From Acetatifactor sp. (GTDB lineage: Bacteria; Bacillota; Clostridia; Lachnospirales; Lachnospiraceae), in assembly GCA_024693365.1 (NCBI GenBank), contig JAILLF010000054.1, forward strand, positions 2,149 through 66,148: 64,000 nucleotides of DNA, in the 5' to 3' direction. The translations under genes and the position numbers were made by a program. The notes beneath the pieces were generated by a model. The model saw only the letters and a program-made list of their open reading frames with translations. It was not told where the DNA came from and did not search any database. This document shows positions 18,690 to 26,879 of this stretch, piece after piece (the stretch's first letter is position 1; each line of letters begins with the position of its first letter).

Positions 18690-19531
18690 CTTCTGCTTCC
18701 TCCTCTAATCATTCCTACCGCGTAAGCTACCAGAAACGCTCCCACGTCTACTGCCACGATCGTCGAACCTACCGGAGTTCCCTCCAGAACGGAAATGACA
18801 ATGCCCAAAAAGGCACAGCATACCGAGATCACGGCGCTGCAGATTGTCACGGACTTAAAGTCGCCAAACATTCTCATCGCCGAAAGCGCGGGGAAGATCA
18901 CAAGCGCCGAGATCAAAAGGGATCCCACCAGATTCATGGCGAGTACGATGATGACGGCGATGACCGTCGCAATCAAAAGCTGATACGCTTCCACCTTCAT
19001 GCCGGTCGCCTTCGCAAAGTTTTCGTCAAAGGTCACTGCAAAAATTTTATGATAAAACAGGATAAAGATCAAAACTACCACAACGGACAATCCGATGCAG
19101 AGCCATACCTCCTCATTCGTCAACGTCAAAATGGAGGTCGACCCAAACAGGGTGCTGCACACGTCACCCGACAGATTGGAGGACGTGGAATACAGATTCA
19201 TGATCAAATAGCCAAAGGCAAGCGCACCCACGGAAATCATGGCAATGGCCGCGTCTCCCTTGATCTTCGTATTCTGCCCGGTGTGAAGAAGCAAAATGGC
19301 GCTCAGTACCGTGATCGGCAAAATGAGCAACATGTCGTTGGAAAGATTCAAAACGGCAGCAATGGTCATTGCCCCGAAGGCCACGTGAGAAAGACCGTCC
19401 CCGATGAAGGAGAAGCGTTTTAGCACCAGCGTCACGCCGAGGAGTGAGGAGCACAGTGCGATCAGGACGCCTACGATCAAAGCTCTCTGTACGAGAGGCA
19501 TCTGAAAATAAGTGATCAACTTGTCAATCAT
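18686..19531 (-). CDS. znuB: Metal (Zn/Mn) ABC transporter permease, ABC-3 family
   Basis: 281 aa, multi-TM, typical ZnuB/TroCD-like sequence. Overlaps the ATPase gene. Confidence 0.8.
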   Translation of the reverse strand: MIDKLITYFQMPLVQRALIVGVLIALCSSLLGVTLVLKRFSFIGDGLSHVAFGAMTIAAVLNLSNDMLLILPITVLSAILLLHTGQNTKIKGDAAIAMISVGALAFGYLIMNLYSTSSNLSGDVCSTLFGSTSILTLTNEEVWLCIGLSVVVVLIFILFYHKIFAVTFDENFAKATGMKVEAYQLLIATVIAVIIVLAMNLVGSLLISALVIFPALSAMRMFGDFKSVTICSAVISVCCAFLGIVISVLEGTPVGSTIVAVDVGAFLVAYAVGMIRGGSRR

Positions 19532-20273
19532 GGGCTTCTCCTTCCTCCGCGTCCGCGGTCATCTTTTTTGACCTTTGAAGTAAAAACAGCTTTCCCAAGT
19601 CGCTGTTTAGATAGGATTCCCTGGTTCCGAAGAAGGAAGGTGTTCCCACGTGAAGCACGTGACTGCTGTATTGCACGGCAACGTTTACGTCATGCGTGAT
19701 CATAATGATGGCAACGCCTTCCTGATTGAGCTGCTTAATCAGCTCATACATTTCCATCGTTGCCTTGGGATCCAGTCCCGTCACGGGTTCATCCAAAACC
19801 AGAAGCTTTTGCGTGGCGCATAGCGCCCTGGCAAGGAGAACTCTCTGCTGCTGCCCTCCTGACAGTTCCCGGTAGCTGCGCCGTGCAAGCTCCTTGATCC
19901 CCATGCGCTCCATGTTTTGCTCGGCCAATGCATTCTCTTCTTTACTGTAGAAAGGACGGAGCCCATTGCGTCCAAGGAAGCCGGAACGCACGATCTCACG
20001 GACGGATGCAGGAAAATCCTTTTGGATCACGGTCTGCTGTGGCAGATAGCCTATCTCATCGCTTCGAAGGCCATCCTGAAGCAGGATCTCTCCCGCAATG
20101 GGCTTTTGAAGATGCAAAAGCGTCTTCATCAAAGTCGTCTTTCCTGATCCGTTCTCACCCAAAATACAAAGATAATCTCCCTTATTCACCGTAAAATGAA
20201 TGTCCTTTTCAATCGCCTGACCGTCATAACCAACGGCCAAACCTTTTACCGTGATCAAGCTCATCCTTCGCAT
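19524..20273 (-). CDS. znuC: Metal (Zn/Mn) ABC transporter ATP-binding protein
   Basis: Walker A GENGSGKTT, signature LSGGQQQRV, Walker B LLVLDEPVTGLD. Confidence 0.85.
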   Translation of the reverse strand: MRRMSLITVKGLAVGYDGQAIEKDIHFTVNKGDYLCILGENGSGKTTLMKTLLHLQKPIAGEILLQDGLRSDEIGYLPQQTVIQKDFPASVREIVRSGFLGRNGLRPFYSKEENALAEQNMERMGIKELARRSYRELSGGQQQRVLLARALCATQKLLVLDEPVTGLDPKATMEMYELIKQLNQEGVAIIMITHDVNVAVQYSSHVLHVGTPSFFGTRESYLNSDLGKLFLLQRSKKMTADAEEGEAHD

Positions 20274-20315
20274 CCCCGCCTTTCACAAATACTTCCTCAG
20301 AAATCCGATAAAATT

Positions 20316-20987
20316 CTAGCACACGTGCTTTTTACAGTCAATACCGCCAACTGGCAGCCTGTTTAGCTCCTGCAACCTTATGATTCTTGTACATAGCTTT
20401 TCCGCAAGCGCCATATTGTGCGTGATCACCAAAAGGCCAAGATTCCTTTTCTCCGTCTGCCTAAGGAGCACTTTCCATATCTGCGCCTGCGTGATGGCAT
20501 CGAGCATGGTGCTCATCTCATCCGCAATGACAAATTCCGTTTTCGGTCCCAGAATCCGGGCAATGCAAAAGCGCTGCAGTTCACCGCCGGAAAGCTCATT
20601 CGGCCACCTGTTTTGCCATAACTTCTTTTTGATACACAGTTCCTCCAAGAGCTCATCATCCGGCGTCCATCCCTCCGTCAGGGAGTCCTTTAAGCGCCAG
20701 CGCGGATTGAGTGCCTTCTCCGGGTGCTGACAGATCATCTGAACGGGACAATAGCCGCGGGATGGCAAAGGCTTTCCCTTCCACAAGACACTCCCGCCCG
20801 TTGGCCGCTCGTAGCCTGCCAATAATTTGGCCAGAGTGCTTTTTCCATAGCCGGACGGACCGACCAGTCCTATTCTCTCGCCTTCGCAGATCTGAAGATT
20901 CACGTCTTTTAAAATCCAATCACCTGAAGGATAGCGGAAATCCAGATTTCTGCCCTCTAACAGGACTTTTCCCTCCATTTTTCTCAT
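20316..20987 (-). CDS. Nik/Opp/Dpp-family ABC ATP-binding protein (second ATPase)
   Basis: Walker A GPSGYGKST, signature LSGGELQR. Start set at ATG 20987, which overlaps the upstream stop (ATGA) with GGAGG upstream. The longer track N-terminus overlaps the preceding gene. Confidence 0.85.
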   Translation of the reverse strand: MRKMEGKVLLEGRNLDFRYPSGDWILKDVNLQICEGERIGLVGPSGYGKSTLAKLLAGYERPTGGSVLWKGKPLPSRGYCPVQMICQHPEKALNPRWRLKDSLTEGWTPDDELLEELCIKKKLWQNRWPNELSGGELQRFCIARILGPKTEFVIADEMSTMLDAITQAQIWKVLLRQTEKRNLGLLVITHNMALAEKLCTRIIRLQELNRLPVGGIDCKKHVC

Positions 20988-21790
20988 CCCCTCCATTCCT
21001 CTTCCGATGCCGGCACCGTAAAGCCATTCTGTGGCAATGCCGCCCACAATGCCCTTGTATACGGGTGATGAAGCGCCTCTTTCCCTGCCAGGAACTGTTC
21101 CTTCGTACATTGATCGATCGTCATCCCGTCGCGAAATACAACTATGGTATCCGCCGCCTGCAAGGCAACGTCAACGTCATGCGTGATCATCAGCACCCCT
21201 GCTCCCGCATCTGCCAATTCCCTAAAGTTTTTCATGGTCTCCAAGGCATCCTCTTCCCCGAGTCCCGGCGTCGGTTCATCCGCCAGGATCAGTTTTGCCC
21301 CGGAGATCACGGCCGTGGTGACGAGCACGCGCCTTGTCATTCCTCCGGACAGCTGAAACGGATATGCCTTTGCCACTTCTTTTTTCAGATGATATCGCTC
21401 AAAAGCTTTTTCCTGTTGCTCCTTCGTCCCTTTTGTCCCGCGCACCTGTCTTCCCACCTTCATAAGCGGGTCCAGATACGTTACTGACTGCGGGATCATG
21501 ACGATCTCCGTTCCAAGCTTGTTTCTTCTCAATTCATCCGTCACAAGTTCGCCCTGATAACGGATTTCCCCGCTGATGATCGCATTCGATGGCAAAATCC
21601 CCAAAACCGCATGTGCCAAAACGCTCTTGCCGCTGCCGCTCGCGCCAACGACGGCAACCACTTCGCCCTCGTGCAGGGAAACACTTAGTTTTTTTATCAC
21701 CTGCAGGTTTCTTTGACGCAGCCCTGTTTCATACATGCGAAAGCTGACGGCCAAATCCCTGACCTCCAATAACGTCTTCTTCTGATTCAT
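20984..21790 (-). CDS. Nik/Opp/Dpp-family ABC ATP-binding protein (first ATPase)
   Basis: Walker A GASGSGKS, signature LSGGMTRRV, Walker B ILADEPTPGL. Confidence 0.85.
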   Translation of the reverse strand: MNQKKTLLEVRDLAVSFRMYETGLRQRNLQVIKKLSVSLHEGEVVAVVGASGSGKSVLAHAVLGILPSNAIISGEIRYQGELVTDELRRNKLGTEIVMIPQSVTYLDPLMKVGRQVRGTKGTKEQQEKAFERYHLKKEVAKAYPFQLSGGMTRRVLVTTAVISGAKLILADEPTPGLGEEDALETMKNFRELADAGAGVLMITHDVDVALQAADTIVVFRDGMTIDQCTKEQFLAGKEALHHPYTRALWAALPQNGFTVPASEEEWRG

Positions 21791-21802
21791 TTTGTCCTCC
21801 TG

Positions 21803-22654
21803 TCATTCCTGCGCGCTGTATGGATCCATCAGGAGCCGCAGCTGATTTCCCATAAGTTCAAACAGGCATACCACAAACAAAAGGCATGCCCCGGGAAATA
21901 CGGCAAGCCACCAGGTCCCCGTCGTCAAATACTTCATGGCCTCGGACAAAATGATGCCAATCGCCGGCTCCTCAGCGGGAAGCCCAAATCCAAGGAAGGT
22001 AATGGATGCCTCGTGCATGATCGCATGCGGAAACATCAACACCAATCCCACGATAAACTGTGGAAAGACGTGTGGCAACACGTGCCGGACCGCGATCCAT
22101 GCCTTTGATTTTCCAAGCTTTTGCGCAGCAAGCACGTATTGTGAATTCCGAAGCGCCGCAATCTCTGCCTGCACAATCCTTCCCAGCCCGCACCAATGCG
22201 TTAAGATCACGCCCGTGGTCACGCCCTTGATTCCCTTTCCCATCAGGATTGAGATCAAGATCAGCAAGATCAGGTGCGGAACACCCATAAACAAATCCAC
22301 AAACCAGTTGAAAACTGCCGTTGCCTTTTCACCGCAAACGCCGGCAGCCACTCCAAGAAACAGCGCGAGAACGGAGGAGGCCGCAGATGCCAAAAGTCCA
22401 ACAAAAATGCTGGTGGACAAGCCCTTCACGGTACGCATGAACATGTCTCTACCCATCCAGTCCGTTCCAAACAAATGAACTGCGCAGGGTGCCACGTTCT
22501 TGATCTGAAAATTCGTTCCATAGCGGTCTGAATGCATGGCCAGACCCATCACGGTTATGCAGCCAAGAATGGTCATGGTCACAAGAAAAACAAGGATCGT
22601 TCGCGTGCGGCGGTTAAGCCGTAACTTTTTCGTTCTTTTTTGAACGTTTTCCAC
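21803..22654 (-). CDS. Nik/Opp/Dpp-family ABC permease (NikC/OppC-like)
   Basis: BPD-transport-type permease. Start proposed at GTG 22654, preceded by GGAGG 5 nt upstream. Confidence 0.8.
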   Translation of the reverse strand: MENVQKRTKKLRLNRRTRTILVFLVTMTILGCITVMGLAMHSDRYGTNFQIKNVAPCAVHLFGTDWMGRDMFMRTVKGLSTSIFVGLLASAASSVLALFLGVAAGVCGEKATAVFNWFVDLFMGVPHLILLILISILMGKGIKGVTTGVILTHWCGLGRIVQAEIAALRNSQYVLAAQKLGKSKAWIAVRHVLPHVFPQFIVGLVLMFPHAIMHEASITFLGFGLPAEEPAIGIILSEAMKYLTTGTWWLAVFPGACLLFVVCLFELMGNQLRLLMDPYSAQE

Positions 22655-23621
22655 GGTTACCTCCTTCCCTGATCTGCGGATTTGCAACGGCTACCAAAAC
22701 GTTAGCCGCCAGATTTCCGCAAAACACAAAAATCGTTGAGAACAAGGTAATCCCCAAAAACAAAGGAACGTCGCCTTTTAGTGCCGACTGCACGGTTGCA
22801 TTCCCAAGCCCTGGATACGTAAATACCGTTTCCGCCAGGACGGAACCGCCAAAGAGCTCACTGACGGAGCCGAAATGCAGTATAATAAACGGAAGCAAAA
22901 CGTTGCGAAGGCCATGTCGGAAGACAAATCCCCACACGCTCTCCCCCCTCGCCTTGGCAAACAAGGCGTAATCACTCTCCAATACCTGGATCATCTTCTC
23001 CCTGGTCTGTAAAGTGATCTTTGAAATGCCGGTGAAACTCAGCGTCAGCACCGGCAGGGCAAGGTGGCTTAGCCTTTGTCCAAGCGTCGCTTCAGAAACG
23101 CTCATGCCTATGGGAGACGCCAACCCCATGGGAAACAGGCGAAGCCGCACGGAGAACACGATCAAAAGCAACATTCCGATCCAGAAGGATGGCGACGATT
23201 CCAAGAGCAGACAATAAACCTTAATGGCCTTATCCGCCAGGCGTCCCTGATACGTTGCCGCCACAATTCCAAGAAATAATCCGATCAATCCCGAAAGCAC
23301 CCAAGCGCAGCCCATAAGAACGATAGACAGTCCAAACCGCTCTCCGATCACTTCCATCACGTTTTTGCGGTAGATCATGGATACTCCCATGTCACCGTGC
23401 AGGACGTTTTTCGCCCATTTACAATAACGAACGACTGGGGACTCGTTCAGCCCCCAGTATTCCGCGATTTTTTGCTGCTGTTGCTCTGTCACGGCATATT
23501 CTCCGACGTAGGCGCTGACGGCATCGATGGGAGAAATCTCAACCATGGCAAACGTAACTACGCTGACAACCCAAAGCAAGAGCAGCATTCTTAGCGTATT
23601 CTTTATGATAAATTTCCACAT
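22614..23621 (-). CDS. Nik/Opp/Dpp-family ABC permease (NikB/OppB-like)
   Basis: 335 aa, typical OppB/NikB N-terminus (MWKFIIKNTLRMLLLLWVVSVVTFAM) and an EAA-type loop. Confidence 0.85.
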   Translation of the reverse strand: MWKFIIKNTLRMLLLLWVVSVVTFAMVEISPIDAVSAYVGEYAVTEQQQQKIAEYWGLNESPVVRYCKWAKNVLHGDMGVSMIYRKNVMEVIGERFGLSIVLMGCAWVLSGLIGLFLGIVAATYQGRLADKAIKVYCLLLESSPSFWIGMLLLIVFSVRLRLFPMGLASPIGMSVSEATLGQRLSHLALPVLTLSFTGISKITLQTREKMIQVLESDYALFAKARGESVWGFVFRHGLRNVLLPFIILHFGSVSELFGGSVLAETVFTYPGLGNATVQSALKGDVPLFLGITLFSTIFVFCGNLAANVLVAVANPQIREGGNRGKRSKKNEKVTA

Positions 23622-23625
23622 GGCC

Positions 23626-25266
23626 TTATTTCCAACTCCAGTCGCAGAGATTGCTCAGCACTACCTGTCCGTTAGCACAATGCGGCTGGATCGGCTGCTC
23701 ACCAATGTTTAGGCCCTCGCGAACAAAATAACAGTGATCTGCCCTTGCCAGCCAGCAGTCCGGCGCGTCGCCGATCATGCTTGCACCCGTTTCCCCGTCC
23801 CACTGGGCCAGCTTGTAATACTTATAAACGTCCTCCAGCGATTTGGATGCCATGGCAAGACGCATGTACTCATCCACCTTGGGATTCGAATAATGGCCGG
23901 AATTACTCCAACCACATCCGATCGAATTTGTCGAAGTCATCAGATAGAATTCATTAGGCGTATAGTCACCGCGTCCAAAAACGTATGGCGTGGAATAAAA
24001 CTGTTTTTGGATGTCGGAATTCGCCGCGCCCTCCGGATGAATCAAAATGCCCAACTTCTTTGCCTGATCCGCAACGGCCATGGCCATGGATTGCCTGTTG
24101 GAATTTGTGGACGTGTAGAACAACGTAAACTCAGCCTTTACGCCATTCTTCTCCCTGACGCCGTCACCATCGGAATCCTTCCAGCCGGCCTCTTCCAAGA
24201 TTGTCTTTGCGACTTCCGCTCCTGAATTCTTCTCATCCAGCTTTGTTTTTTCATTAAACCAAGGCATGGTGTCGCACATGGAAAAGGAAGGCTTCGCCAG
24301 CCCATTAAACACCTGATCGATCAATGCCTGTCTGTCCAGTCCAACGCTGAGCGCCCTGCGGATCGCGACATCTCCAGTCACGTCATTTCCAATGACTTGT
24401 CCATCCTCCGCCAATTCTCCTTGCTTTAAGAGCGTCGGGAAGATGATTCCATAGTTATCAATGGATTCCACGTTGACCATCCGGTAACCGTCCACCGTTT
24501 GTGTCGCAAGGTTTTGGTTGACGTACGCCAGGTCCGCGTCTCCCCTTTGCACTGCCATAAACGCCGCGTCATCATTCATGAAAAGTAACACGACTCTCTT
24601 TATTTCCGGTTCCTTCCCGTAATAATACTCATTGTATTCCCAGACAGCCTGCTGTCCCTTCTCCCACTGCACCATTTTGTAAGGACCTGATCCGATGGGT
24701 GCCTCCCCATAGTTGTCTGAATAATATGCCTCAGGCACGATACCAACCTTGTAGGTCACGTAAAGGAAGGTGTAATCCGGCTCCTTCATGTGGAACACAA
24801 CCGTCACGTCATCCGTAGCCTCCGCCTTCTCAACGTTGCTTAGGTCCAGGCTCGTCCCATTGTCTCTTACGGCCTCGTAAGTAAACGCCACGTCGCTGGC
24901 AAGCACCTTCGCGCCGTTGGAATAATATGCATCGTCACGGATTTTGATCGTCCAAGTCTTACCGTCATCGCTCACGCTCGCATCCGTGGCAAGATCCATT
25001 TGGATCTCACCGCCGTACGCCTTCGTCAAAGTACTCTGCAGGATGGGATCATAACGCTGACCATATCCCGTGATGGGATTCCATCCGGCGCTCGGTTCCG
25101 AGCTCACTGCCGCGACTACTTCCGTTTTTTTGGCCGCGTTATTCACGGCAACGTTTTTCTCCTTGTTTACGTCGCCATTTCCTGCCTGCGAACAGGCCGT
25201 CAGCGTCGATAAACATAATACCGTCACAAGTAACAAAGCCCATATTCTGTTTTTCACGTAATTCAT
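23626..25266 (-). CDS. ABC substrate-binding lipoprotein, family 5 (NikA/OppA/CntA-like)
   Basis: 546 aa, lipobox LSTLTAC, family-5 SBP architecture. Confidence 0.85.
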   Translation of the reverse strand: MNYVKNRIWALLLVTVLCLSTLTACSQAGNGDVNKEKNVAVNNAAKKTEVVAAVSSEPSAGWNPITGYGQRYDPILQSTLTKAYGGEIQMDLATDASVSDDGKTWTIKIRDDAYYSNGAKVLASDVAFTYEAVRDNGTSLDLSNVEKAEATDDVTVVFHMKEPDYTFLYVTYKVGIVPEAYYSDNYGEAPIGSGPYKMVQWEKGQQAVWEYNEYYYGKEPEIKRVVLLFMNDDAAFMAVQRGDADLAYVNQNLATQTVDGYRMVNVESIDNYGIIFPTLLKQGELAEDGQVIGNDVTGDVAIRRALSVGLDRQALIDQVFNGLAKPSFSMCDTMPWFNEKTKLDEKNSGAEVAKTILEEAGWKDSDGDGVREKNGVKAEFTLFYTSTNSNRQSMAMAVADQAKKLGILIHPEGAANSDIQKQFYSTPYVFGRGDYTPNEFYLMTSTNSIGCGWSNSGHYSNPKVDEYMRLAMASKSLEDVYKYYKLAQWDGETGASMIGDAPDCWLARADHCYFVREGLNIGEQPIQPHCANGQVVLSNLCDWSWK

Positions 25267-25300
25267 TCTCCGTTTCCTTCCAGTGATTTATTTTGCCGTG

Positions 25301-26368
25301 TTATTGAATTGCCTGCTTCAACGTTTCCAAATTGTCCTGCATGATCTTCAGGTAATTGGCACCTTCTTTCACGTCTTTGGAAGTCGTTGCCTGCATGGAA
25401 TCCATCGTCAGGATCTTCTGATCCTTTGCACCGGAATTGGAACGGATGGTCTCTGCAATCTTATGATTTGCGCCTTCAATGGTCATTACGGCCGGCAGCT
25501 CTAATTCATCTAACTTGCCCGCCAAAAATACAACGGTTTCAAAGCTTGCTTCGCTCTCAGCGGAACAACCTGCAAATGCTGCATAATAGTTCAGGCCATA
25601 GTCATCCACGAGATAGCGGAACGGGAATCTGTCACCAAACAAAAGCGTCTTAAACTTTGCATCCTTGACGGCATTCGCATATTCTGCATCCAACGAAGAC
25701 AGCTTCGCCTGATAGCTTGCAAGATTCGCGCGATACTTTTCAGCGTTTGCGCCGTCAAGCTCGCAAAGTGCGTCCGTGATCACGCCACAAAGCACGGAAG
25801 CATTCTTCAGAGAAAGCCATACGTGCTCATCAAATTCTTCTTCATGCTCGTGATCATGGTCATGGTCGTCCCCGTCTTCATGGTCATGGTCGTCCCCGTC
25901 TTCGTGATCATGGTCGTCCCCGTCTTCGTGATCATGCTCATGCTCCATGCCTTCCACGATCTCCTCCGTCTTTACGGCATCACCTAGAGCCTCCAACAGG
26001 TTGATCACCTTCATGTTGGGGTTCTTCGCTTCTTTCAGCACGTCGTCAACCCATCCGTCAGACTCACCGCCCACATAGATAAAAAGATCACAATTCGAAA
26101 TCTTCAAAATGTCATTTACGGTCGGCTGAAAGCTGTGCAGATCCACTCCATTGTCCAAAAGCATGGTAATCTCAGCTTCTCCTGCGTCCCCAACCAGGCT
26201 CTTCACCCAATCATATTCGGGAAAGATCGTAGTTACAATTTCCAGTTTCTTTCCATCTCCAGAAGCCGTTCCTTTTTTCTTGGAATTTCCATCTATGTTA
26301 TCTGCGCATGCAGAAATACAGCTCACCATTAAAATGGCAGCCAAAAAAATAGCAAAAAACTTTTTCAC
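25301..26368 (-). CDS. znuA: Zinc-type metal ABC substrate-binding lipoprotein (ZnuA/AdcA-like) with a His/Asp-rich loop
   Basis: GTG 26368 preceded by GGAGGA. Lipobox SCISAC. Cluster-9 SBP sequence and the loop HEHDHEDGDDHDHEDGDDHDHEDGDDHDHDHEHEEE, encoded by three 24-bp tandem DNA repeats. Confidence 0.85.
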   Translation of the reverse strand: MKKFFAIFLAAILMVSCISACADNIDGNSKKKGTASGDGKKLEIVTTIFPEYDWVKSLVGDAGEAEITMLLDNGVDLHSFQPTVNDILKISNCDLFIYVGGESDGWVDDVLKEAKNPNMKVINLLEALGDAVKTEEIVEGMEHEHDHEDGDDHDHEDGDDHDHEDGDDHDHDHEHEEEFDEHVWLSLKNASVLCGVITDALCELDGANAEKYRANLASYQAKLSSLDAEYANAVKDAKFKTLLFGDRFPFRYLVDDYGLNYYAAFAGCSAESEASFETVVFLAGKLDELELPAVMTIEGANHKIAETIRSNSGAKDQKILTMDSMQATTSKDVKEGANYLKIMQDNLETLKQAIQ

Positions 26369-26439
26369 CTGAGTATCCTCCGTCAATATTAATTTACGTA
26401 ATGGGAAAATTTGTAAGCTTCGCGGGAAGAACTCCCGAA

Positions 26440-26748
26440 TCAAATATTTAGACGAACCTTTCTTGATACAGGCGTAGTAATCCCCATAACGCCGGCAATC
26501 GCTACGACCTTAAAAAGCACCAATCCGGCCAAAAGGGCGAACAGACACTCTCCAAGATTCTCATGCTTCATGTTGGAGACAATACCCTCGCAGATCTCCA
26601 TGCAAAAACAGATCTCACAGTCTTCGCCATGGCAGGCGTGCTGAGCTTCGTGAGCCACAAAAAAGAGCATGAAAACAACGCTACACAGTACCAGCGCCGC
26701 TAGGATGACCGAAAATATTTTCTTTTTCTCTCCGATTCCTGGTCTCAC
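26440..26748 (-). CDS. Small two-TM membrane protein with a Cys/His-rich inter-TM segment
   Basis: Start proposed at GTG 26748 (AGGTGA SD). The track ORF begins at a TTG inside the operator palindrome. Loop HEAQHACHGEDCEICFCMEICEGIVSNMKHENLGEC lies between two hydrophobic helices. Confidence 0.55.
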   Translation of the reverse strand: MRPGIGEKKKIFSVILAALVLCSVVFMLFFVAHEAQHACHGEDCEICFCMEICEGIVSNMKHENLGECLFALLAGLVLFKVVAIAGVMGITTPVSRKVRLNI

Positions 26749-26777
26749 GTTCTCACCTACTTTTTTGAATGAAACAA

Positions 26778-26808
26778 GTTCTAAATGCAATTCATTTGCA
26801 TTTAGAAC
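26778..26808. promoter_or_regulatory. Fur/Zur-family-type operator palindrome
   Basis: GTTCTAAATGCAA-ttcat-TTGCATTTAGAAC: perfect 13-bp arms, AT-rich, with a 10-1-10 core AAATGCAATTcATTTGCATTT. It overlaps the -10 element and the predicted transcription start. Confidence 0.55.
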
Positions 26809-26834
26809 TATATCACTTTCTCAGGATTTGTCAA
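26807..26834 (-). promoter_or_regulatory. Near-consensus sigmaA promoter of the metal-uptake cluster
   Basis: Minus strand TTGACA (26834..26829), 16-nt spacer, TATAGT (26812..26807). Confidence 0.6.
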
Positions 26835-26879
26835 GCGCTTTCCGTTTCCTTTTTGCCAAAATGCAACTTCTTCTCATAG

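Noticed and set aside
26778-26808. The AT-rich palindrome as merely the terminator of the upstream S8 protease gene
   Set aside because: It could fold, with a 13-bp stem and a partly U-rich tail. However, it is AT-rich, has Fur-box-like 10-1-10 symmetry, and sits exactly over the -10/TSS of a near-consensus promoter. An operator role is favoured and a dual role is not excluded.
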